A stretch of DNA of 32,000 nucleotides, taken from assembly GCA_965224465.1 (NCBI GenBank), contig OZ245049.1, positions 1,530,001 to 1,562,000 of the forward strand, read 5' to 3'. The notes under the pieces are model-generated. The model was not told where the DNA came from and searched no databases. It saw only the letters and a list, made by a program, of their open reading frames with translations. This stretch comes from Flavobacteriaceae bacterium. GTDB lineage: Bacteria; Bacteroidota; Bacteroidia; Flavobacteriales; Flavobacteriaceae. Below, piece by piece: positions 24,982 to 32,000 of the stretch. The translations under genes and the position numbers were made by a program. Each line of letters opens with the position of its first letter. Position 1 is the stretch's first letter.

Positions 24982-26802
24982 ATGATCAAAAAACATTCAT
25001 TTCACATTCCAGTAATGGGAATTGGATTTACCATTGATACTCCATTAAAGGTGGCTCATTTAGGTATTGACTCGGTAATCTCCTTAGTCGATGATATCCT
25101 ACTTGAAAAACTCAGAAAGGTGTACTCTGATAAATTTGAAGTTCCATACACTGAAATTAGTGATAAGATCGAAGATTTTAGAGCGAAGCGCATTACTTCT
25201 TATCTAAATCTCATCAATGAATTGGTTGAAAATAAATTTGAGATTCTCAAAGCCAGTACATTGCAAAAAGGTCATGAGTTTAAAGAATATTTAAACTTAC
25301 TACCTGATACTTCTAAACTAAAAGAAGACTTAACTGTTTCTACAGAAAAATACTTAACCGACGCCAGTAATTGGTTAAAAAACAATTTATCTTTAGGTAG
25401 TATTGATGTCAACATCATGACTAAAATTGACAAGGATAACTTTAAAAATGGTGAACAATTACCTATAGAATTTAACGATGCACATGCAGCTCTTAGAGGC
25501 TTTGCAAACAGTGATTTATCAAGCTCGTTAATCCTATCTGCGGGAATGAACCCTCGTTTATATGGCTATATGGAGAATTTTAAAGATTTCTTCCCTGACG
25601 AAAACGGGGCGATCAAAAAGAAAATTGTACTGAAGGTAAGTGATTACAGATCTGCATTGATTCAAGGAAAATTTTTAGCCAAAAAAGGACTTTGGGTCTC
25701 TGAATTCAGAATAGAATCTGGATTAAACTGTGGAGGACATGCTTTTGCAACTGACGGTTTTTTAATGGGACCTATTCTTGCTGAATTTAAAGAAAACAGA
25801 GAAACACTTATTCAATCTGTTCATGAAATTTTAGTTTCGGCTTTAGAAAGCAAAGGAAAAACAGTACCTAAAACTCCAATTGCACTTAAAATTACAGCAC
25901 AAGGAGGCGTTGGTACTTCAGAAGAACATGAGTTTTTACTAGGGCATTACCAGCTAAACTCTATAGGATGGGGATCTCCTTTTTTATTAGTCCCAGAAGC
26001 AACGGTTGTGGATCCTATATCAATGGACAAATTAAAAACAGCCAAAGAAAAAGACTTGTATTTAAGTGATATTTCTCCACTTGGCGTCCCTTTTAATAGT
26101 CTGGAAGGAAACACAAAGGACATCGAAAAATTGGCAAAAGCAGCAAAAGGAAGACCCGGAAGCTCCTGTCCAAAAAAATATTTAGCCTTAGCAAAAGATG
26201 CTGACGGAAAAAATATATGTACTGCATCTCGTAAATTTCAACATTTGAAATTAAAAGCATTGGATGCCGAAATAATATCGGAAGAAGATCGATTAAAAAA
26301 ATACGAAGACATTATTGTAAAATCGTGTATTTGTGTTGGACTCGGAACTTCTGCGATGCTAGCAAACGAATTGGACACCAAAAGAGAAGGAGAAGGTGTT
26401 TCCATATGCCCAGGACCAAACATGGCTTATTTTTCAAAAACATTGAGTTTAAAAGAAATGATAGGACATATTTACGGAAAACAAAATGTAATAGAACGCA
26501 CTGACAGACCAAATATGTTTATCAAAGAGTTGGATTTGTACCTTGATTATTTAAAAAATAGAATTGCTGAAACCAATGCTTCTATGAATAAAAAACAAGA
26601 AAAGTACTTGACTAATTTTTCTAAAAATCTATTCGCAGGTATCCATTATTATGACCAGATGTTTAAATCGCTTAAAACACAATTTAAAGATTCTAAATTA
26701 CTTATATTACACCAATTAGAGCTAAGTAAACAAACACTAGAAGTATTAGAACTAAAAATTGACAAATTAAAAATGCAAGCCATTTCGGTAAAAGCATCTT
26801 AA
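24982..26802 (+). CDS. Uncharacterised 606-aa protein (family not recognised)
   Basis: Long uninterrupted ORF starting 5 nt after the hydrolase stop. Motifs GLNCGGHAF and AQGGVGTSEE loosely recall FMN TIM-barrel (nitronate monooxygenase/FabK-like) signatures. The C-terminal half is Cys-rich. Confidence 0.6.
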   Translation: MIKKHSFHIPVMGIGFTIDTPLKVAHLGIDSVISLVDDILLEKLRKVYSDKFEVPYTEISDKIEDFRAKRITSYLNLINELVENKFEILKASTLQKGHEFKEYLNLLPDTSKLKEDLTVSTEKYLTDASNWLKNNLSLGSIDVNIMTKIDKDNFKNGEQLPIEFNDAHAALRGFANSDLSSSLILSAGMNPRLYGYMENFKDFFPDENGAIKKKIVLKVSDYRSALIQGKFLAKKGLWVSEFRIESGLNCGGHAFATDGFLMGPILAEFKENRETLIQSVHEILVSALESKGKTVPKTPIALKITAQGGVGTSEEHEFLLGHYQLNSIGWGSPFLLVPEATVVDPISMDKLKTAKEKDLYLSDISPLGVPFNSLEGNTKDIEKLAKAAKGRPGSSCPKKYLALAKDADGKNICTASRKFQHLKLKALDAEIISEEDRLKKYEDIIVKSCICVGLGTSAMLANELDTKREGEGVSICPGPNMAYFSKTLSLKEMIGHIYGKQNVIERTDRPNMFIKELDLYLDYLKNRIAETNASMNKKQEKYLTNFSKNLFAGIHYYDQMFKSLKTQFKDSKLLILHQLELSKQTLEVLELKIDKLKMQAISVKAS

Positions 26803-26823
26803 AATTATACACCCTAATGATTG

Positions 26824-26865
26824 AAGCCAATATAAAAATAATACAATTTTTATATTGGCTTTTTT
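26824..26865 (+). terminator. Rho-independent terminator of the 606-aa gene
   Basis: 16-bp perfect stem AAGCCAATATAAAAAT / ATTTTTATATTGGCTT with a 6-nt loop, followed by TTTT. Confidence 0.75.
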
Positions 26866-26947
26866 ATACGTAAAAATAAGAGCATCAACCTCGCCACAAA
26901 AACACGAAGTATACTTCGATAGAATATATTAAATGAGGGTAATTCGC

Positions 26948-26975
26948 AGAGAGAGAGAGAGAGAGAGAGAGAGAG
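26948..26975. repeat. (AG)14 dinucleotide microsatellite
   Basis: Counted directly: 14 uninterrupted AG units, abutting the end of R160 copy I. Confidence 0.95.
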
Positions 26976-27136
26976 TTATACCAAATACATTTCCTACTCA
27001 CATTTTAGAAATGGAATTATTTTTAATTTTAGCTAGGCGGAAAACCTAAGAATAACCTTAGCTACTGTTCTGTTTTTCAAGAACAATAGAACGTAAAATA
27101 AACTATTAATATCGGTCATTTGGGATTGTAATAAGT
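26976..27136 (-). repeat. R160 repeat, copy I (full length, inverted)
   Basis: TTATACCAAATACATTTCC...TTTTAGAAATGGAATTATTTTTAATTTTAGCTAGGCGGAAAACCTAAG...GAACGTAAAATAAACTATTAATATCGGTCATTTGGGATTGTAATAAG is the reverse complement of the consensus. Confidence 0.85.
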
Positions 27137-27224
27137 GTTAGCCCCTGAATGAGGGATTAAACCCGGTTTTTTAAATTTCAAAAATCCATCCATTCTCAAA
27201 ATTAAAAATTCAACTATTTATATT

Positions 27225-27791
27225 ATGAGTTTATTACTTCACATAAAAAACATGGTTTGTCCAAGGTGCATTAGCGCTGTTTCGGAATTACTAAACAAAC
27301 TCAATATAAAAACTACAGATATTCAACTCGGTGAAATCACACTGGCTACACGCATCAATTCGTTACAAAAAGAAGCCTTTACAAAACAGCTATTAGCTAT
27401 AGGTTTTGAATTAATATTGGATAAAAACAGCACCTATATCACCCAGATAAAAACGCTTATAATTGATAGTATTCGCAATAATAACGAAGTAATTCGTTAC
27501 AATTATTCGGATCTAATTGCAGAAAAGCTAGGACAAGAATATACATTTTTAAGTAAATTATTTTCATCCATTGAAGGGATTACCATAGAAAAATACAGTG
27601 TAAAACAAAAAATAGAATACGTAAAAGAACTCTTATTCTATAAAGAATTCACCTTGTCTGAAATTGCTTTTAAATTAAACTACAGCAGTGTAGCCCATTT
27701 ATCCAATCAGTTTAAGCAACAAACAGGAATCACTCCAAGTGCTTTTAAAAAATTAAAAAAACCATCCCATACCGCTATTGATACACTTTAA
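27225..27791 (+). CDS. AraC-family transcriptional regulator with N-terminal HMA-like (MxCxxC) metal-binding domain
   Basis: The N-terminus HIKNMVCPRCISAV... resembles a heavy-metal-associated fold. The C-terminus has an AraC HTH (TLSEIAFKLNYSSVAHLSNQFKQQTGITPSAFKK). It lies directly upstream of copA. Confidence 0.75.
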   Translation: MSLLLHIKNMVCPRCISAVSELLNKLNIKTTDIQLGEITLATRINSLQKEAFTKQLLAIGFELILDKNSTYITQIKTLIIDSIRNNNEVIRYNYSDLIAEKLGQEYTFLSKLFSSIEGITIEKYSVKQKIEYVKELLFYKEFTLSEIAFKLNYSSVAHLSNQFKQQTGITPSAFKKLKKPSHTAIDTL

Positions 27792-27881
27792 AATTACTGC
27801 TATCATAATTATATAAATTTTTCTCCTAATTATGTAATTAAATTTTTAAATTGGTGAGTTATCTTTGTAAAAAAACTAATT

Positions 27882-30116
27882 ATGGTAACACCCAGTCCAA
27901 CACACATAAAATCCAGTTATAAAGTTGCAGGTATGACCTGTGCCGCTTGTGCCATAAGTTTAGAATCCTATTTAGGATTTGTAGATGGAATCCAAAAAGT
28001 ACTGGTCAACTACCCCAACCAATCTGTCTATTTGGAATACGACACGGAGCAGGTAACTTTTGAAACCATCAAAAGAAAAGCCAAAGAAATTAGTTATATA
28101 TTAATTTCCGACCAAGACACAGCAGCAGGAGAAAGTTTTGAGGAATTAGAAAAAAAAAGACAAAAGACTTTACTTCAAAAATTAATAGTAGCAGCTAGCT
28201 TATCATTCCCTGTTTTTATAATTTCTATGTTTTTTAAGGGAACAATTCCCTACGAGAACTGGGTTCTAATGACTTTATCTATTCCCGTATTATTTTGGTG
28301 TGGAAGTGAATTCTATAAGATTACTTACACAAAACTCAAGCATAGAACAACCAATATGGATACTTTGGTCGCACTGAGTACGGGAGTTGCTTTTGCATTT
28401 AGTTTGTTTAACACCATCTATCCACAGTATTTTTTAGAAAAAGGAGTAACACCACATGTGTACTACGAATCTGCTGTCATCATCATCACCCTTATTTTAT
28501 TAGGTCGGTATTTAGAAGACCAAGCCAAAAGCAGTACGTCTTCCGCCATTAAAAAACTGGCAGGATTGCAACCAAAAGAAGTTACTGTCATCCGAAATGG
28601 TGAGGAAAAAACAATAGTTTTAGACGATATTTTACTGGGAGAAATGATTATTTTAAAACCAGGAGACAAAGTACCTGTGGATGGTAAAGTAAAAAAAGGG
28701 CATTCTTATATTGATGAAAGTATGATTTCTGGAGAACCAATCCCCGTTTCCAAAACAAAAGGAGATGCTGTTTTTTCTGGAACTATAAATCAAAAAGGAT
28801 CTTTGCGAATTATAGCAAAAAAAATAGGAAAAGAAACCGTTTTAGCACAAATTATTCAATTGGTAGAGCAAGCACAGGCCAGCAAACCTAATATTCAGAA
28901 ATTAGCGGATAAAATTGCCAGTATATTTGTCCCTATAGTTATTGGATTGGCTACAGTTACCTTTAGTATTTGGATGTTCTTTGGTCCAGAACCCACCTTT
29001 ACTTTTGCTGTTTTAGCTTTAATTACAGTGCTTATTATAGCCTGCCCTTGTGCTCTTGGATTGGCGACTCCCACGGCATTGATGGTAGGAATTGGAAAAG
29101 GAGCCTCTCAAGGAATCCTTATTAAAGATGCACAAACACTAGAGACTGCATATAAAACCGATGTATTAATTTTAGACAAAACAGGGACTATTACAGAAGG
29201 TCGCCCAACAATTACGGATAGTGTATGGTTCGACAATACGAACAAGCCCCTGCTTTTATCGGTACTATTAGGCTTAGAAAACAAATCTGAACACCCACTT
29301 GCTACTGCCTTGGTCAATCATTTACAAACACAAAAAATAAGCCCTGTACAAAACGACAATTTCGAAAGTGTTACTGGAATGGGGGCTAAAGCAATCTTTA
29401 ACAATACGGCGTATTTTATAGGAAATGAAAAACTGATGAATCTTCAAGAAACTGAAATACCAAAAGAGATCTCTATACAGGCAAATCAATTAAAAGAAGA
29501 AGGAAAAACAGTCATTTATTACGGGGAATCTACATCTATTGTAGCCATTTTTGCCATAACCGATTCCATTAAAAAGAATGCTAAACAAGCCATCTCTGAC
29601 ATTAAAGACTTAGGAATTGAGGTTTATATGCTTACTGGAGACAATAAACAAACAGCTCAAATAATAGCCCAACAAGTGGGGATTAAAAACATTAAAGCTA
29701 ATTTAATGCCTTCTGACAAAGGGCATTTTATAAAAGAGTTACAAGAAAAAGGGCATATCGTAACCATGGTAGGAGATGGAATTAACGATTCACACGCCTT
29801 GGCACAAGCAAATGTAGGAATCGCTATGGGAAGTGGTACAGACATTGCTATGGAAAGTGCAGGGATAACACTGATGAATTCGGATATTGGTCAATTATCT
29901 AAAGCCTTGAAACTATCCAAAGAAACCATGAAAACAATTCGTCAAAACCTATTTTGGGCATTTATTTACAACAGCATAGCCATCCCAATTGCTGCCGGAA
30001 TCCTCTACCCTTTCAACGGTTTTTTATTAAATCCTATGATTGCAGGAGCAGCGATGTCCATGAGTTCAATTTCCGTACTTTTGAACAGCCTTAGATTAAA
30101 AAACAAACAACTATAA
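27882..30116 (+). CDS. copA: Copper-translocating P1B-type ATPase
   Basis: N-terminal HMA GMTCAACA, TM CPC motif (IACPCALGLATP), DKTGT phosphorylation site and hinge GDGINDS. Confidence 0.9.
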   Translation: MVTPSPTHIKSSYKVAGMTCAACAISLESYLGFVDGIQKVLVNYPNQSVYLEYDTEQVTFETIKRKAKEISYILISDQDTAAGESFEELEKKRQKTLLQKLIVAASLSFPVFIISMFFKGTIPYENWVLMTLSIPVLFWCGSEFYKITYTKLKHRTTNMDTLVALSTGVAFAFSLFNTIYPQYFLEKGVTPHVYYESAVIIITLILLGRYLEDQAKSSTSSAIKKLAGLQPKEVTVIRNGEEKTIVLDDILLGEMIILKPGDKVPVDGKVKKGHSYIDESMISGEPIPVSKTKGDAVFSGTINQKGSLRIIAKKIGKETVLAQIIQLVEQAQASKPNIQKLADKIASIFVPIVIGLATVTFSIWMFFGPEPTFTFAVLALITVLIIACPCALGLATPTALMVGIGKGASQGILIKDAQTLETAYKTDVLILDKTGTITEGRPTITDSVWFDNTNKPLLLSVLLGLENKSEHPLATALVNHLQTQKISPVQNDNFESVTGMGAKAIFNNTAYFIGNEKLMNLQETEIPKEISIQANQLKEEGKTVIYYGESTSIVAIFAITDSIKKNAKQAISDIKDLGIEVYMLTGDNKQTAQIIAQQVGIKNIKANLMPSDKGHFIKELQEKGHIVTMVGDGINDSHALAQANVGIAMGSGTDIAMESAGITLMNSDIGQLSKALKLSKETMKTIRQNLFWAFIYNSIAIPIAAGILYPFNGFLLNPMIAGAAMSMSSISVLLNSLRLKNKQL

Positions 30117-30144
30117 ATAATTATAACAACTAAAATAAAATAGT

Positions 30145-30354
30145 ATGAATACCTATAAATTCAAGACCAATATCAACTGTGGAAGCTGCATTAAATCCAT
30201 AACTCCATTTTTAAATGATGTAGACAATATAGACCACTGGAAAGTAAATACTGATATTCCAGACAAAGTTTTAGAGGTACTACTTGACGACACAAATAGC
30301 GAGACGGTAATTGCAGCTGTAACAAAAGCAGGATTCGAAATTACAGCATTGTAA
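30145..30354 (+). CDS. Small HMA-domain protein (CopZ-like metallochaperone candidate)
   Basis: 69 aa with NCGSC in the position of the MxCxxC loop and a ferredoxin-like fold pattern. Adjacent to copA. Confidence 0.6.
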   Translation: MNTYKFKTNINCGSCIKSITPFLNDVDNIDHWKVNTDIPDKVLEVLLDDTNSETVIAAVTKAGFEITAL

Positions 30355-30360
30355 AACAAA

Positions 30361-30924
30361 ATGGCAGTAGATCAAGAATATTCAAATATGGATTTCACTA
30401 GTTTGAAATCTATGGGAAAAGAATTTGACAATTGCACATTTAGTAATTGTGATTTTTCAGGCGCACATCTCTCTAATTTTCAATTTTCTGAATGTGGGTT
30501 TAATCAATGTAATCTAAGTATGTCGTTGACATCAAATACATCATTTCAAGAATGCACATTTGACCGGTGCAAATTAATTGGAATTGCATGGGAATCCTGT
30601 AATTCATTTTTATTATCATTCGAATTTAATTATTGTCAGCTCAATTTAGGATCTTTCTACCAATTAAATCTTAAAACCAGTCGATTCTTAGAATGCGAGT
30701 TACATGAAGTAGATTTTTCTGAATCAAATTTGGAAGGAATACAATTGGAAAATTGCGATTTAAAAGGCGCCATTTTTAACGAGAGTAATTTGCGAAAAAC
30801 AAATTTTGAAACGGCCTCAAATTACAGCATCAATTTAGAAGCAAATAAAGTGAAAGGTGCTAAATTTTCTTCTGACGGCTTAGCAGGACTTTTGGAACAG
30901 TATCAATTGGACATTTCGGAATGA
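30361..30924 (+). CDS. Pentapeptide-repeat protein
   Basis: Tandem A(D/N)LxX-type pentapeptides (CDFSGAHLSNFQFSECGFNQCNLS..., SNLEGIQLENCDLKGAIFNESNLRKTNF). Confidence 0.8.
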   Translation: MAVDQEYSNMDFTSLKSMGKEFDNCTFSNCDFSGAHLSNFQFSECGFNQCNLSMSLTSNTSFQECTFDRCKLIGIAWESCNSFLLSFEFNYCQLNLGSFYQLNLKTSRFLECELHEVDFSESNLEGIQLENCDLKGAIFNESNLRKTNFETASNYSINLEANKVKGAKFSSDGLAGLLEQYQLDISE

Positions 30925-30937
30925 TGATTTGTTCTAT

Positions 30938-30978
30938 AAAAAAAATGCCTATCGAACCAAATCGATAGGCATTTTTTA
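30938..30978. terminator. Bidirectional rho-independent terminator between convergent genes
   Basis: 11-bp GC-containing stem ATGCCTATCGA / TCGATAGGCAT with a 6-nt loop, an A-run on the left and a T-run on the right. Confidence 0.75.
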
Positions 30979-31091
30979 ATCCCACAAGTGGGTTTAATTC
31001 CCCGATGCTTGCATCGAAATAATTAAGGTTTTTTATTTTTCATGCCTCGTGGGCTTGCCCCAAGGTTATTGACTTATTTATTTTATATGTA

Positions 31092-32000
31092 CTATAAACT
31101 AGGCACTTGTACCATTTCGTTGGAATCTTCTTCATAATTTACACCTGCAACTTTAAATCCAAAGAGGTTAAAGAAATCTAGGCTATACCCTTCAATATCA
31201 CTAATATCTGGTAAGGTTTCTGTAGAAACAATTTCCCACAACTCCGCAACTTCTTTTTGAATGTCTGGTCTTAATTCCAGTTCATCCACACGAATACGGC
31301 CTTTTTCGTCTGTTTCGATCGGTTTATTGGTATATACTTTATCTTGAAACAAACGTTGAATTTGCTCAATACACCCTTCGTGTACATCATACTTTTTCAT
31401 CACTCTATACAAAAGTGAAATATACAAAGGAATTACAGGAATCGCAGAACTAGCCTGTGTAACCAATGCTTTATTAACAGACACAAAAGCTGTTCCACTT
31501 ATCTCTTTTAACAAGTCTGTAATCTCAAAAGCGGTTGCTTCTAAATGATCTTTTGCACGTCCAATGGTTCCATCTCTATAAACGGCTTGCGTTACTTTTG
31601 GTCCAATATAAGAATATGCAATTGTTTTAGCGTTTGGCGCCAATAAATCAGCATCTTTTAGAGCCGTCATCCATAATTTCCAATCTTCACCCCCCATTAC
31701 GGCAACCGTATTTTCAATATCGCCCTCTTCACAAGGATTGATAGAAATATCTGTTACTTTTCCAGTATGGAAATCAACCGTTTTATTGGTATAGACCCCT
31801 TTAATAGGTTTTAATACGGACTTGTGACGCACGCCCGTTTCTGGATGCATTCTAACAGGAGAAGCCAAACTGTAGATAACTAGATCCACTTGACCTAAAT
31901 CCGCTTTTAACAATGCCAAGGTCTGCTCTTTAATCTCGTTTGAGAAAGCATCTCCATTGACACTTTTCGCATACAATCCTGCATTGGTAGCAGCTACTTC
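31092..32000 (-). CDS. fabV: Enoyl-ACP reductase FabV (trans-2-enoyl-CoA reductase family), N-terminus beyond the window
   Basis: LYAKSVNGDAFSNE..., VYSLASPVR, SYIGP, ALVTQASSAIPVIPLY and HEGCIEQ match FabV hallmarks. The frame stays open to position 32000, so the M at 31976 in the track is an internal TTG Leu. Confidence 0.85.
   Translation of the reverse strand, partial: EVAATNAGLYAKSVNGDAFSNEIKEQTLALLKADLGQVDLVIYSLASPVRMHPETGVRHKSVLKPIKGVYTNKTVDFHTGKVTDISINPCEEGDIENTVAVMGGEDWKLWMTALKDADLLAPNAKTIAYSYIGPKVTQAVYRDGTIGRAKDHLEATAFEITDLLKEISGTAFVSVNKALVTQASSAIPVIPLYISLLYRVMKKYDVHEGCIEQIQRLFQDKVYTNKPIETDEKGRIRVDELELRPDIQKEVAELWEIVSTETLPDISDIEGYSLDFFNLFGFKVAGVNYEEDSNEMVQVPSL

Overview
Low-GC chromosomal segment whose gene content and promoter style (TTG-N18/19-TAnnTTTG) fit a Flavobacteriia-type Bacteroidota genome. 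The core genes are: pyruvate dehydrogenase E1-alpha and E2, an RluE/RsuA-type pseudouridine synthase, ribosomal protein L31, glutaminyl cyclase, an SDR, an SprT-like protein, a DUF389 protein, MlaEF-like ABC components, an HMA-AraC/CopA/CopZ-like copper module, a pentapeptide-repeat protein, and a 5'-truncated FabV. Mobile and repetitive DNA is heavily interspersed among them. There are three near-identical 1125-bp IS30-family elements and two about 97% identical 1268-bp ISL3-family elements with perfect 8-bp target duplications. Three of these IS copies interrupt one roughly 301-codon GNAT-like gene, which can be rebuilt in frame by hand. Three identical tRNA-Lys(UUU) genes each carry their own promoter and terminator. 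The feature no gene call explains is a family of about 160-bp intergenic repeats with terminal inverted repeats, with 11-12 full, truncated, nested or collapsed copies totalling about 1.4 kb. It resembles a MITE or Correia/ERIC-like element, or possibly a structured RNA. Other observations are a 43-bp perfect palindrome covering the PadR promoter, an (AG)14 microsatellite abutting one repeat copy, and a second about 70-bp repeat hit by two different IS families. There is also an uncharacterised 606-aa protein. No rRNA genes or CRISPR arrays were seen. All family assignments come from motifs recognised by eye, and no database search was run.
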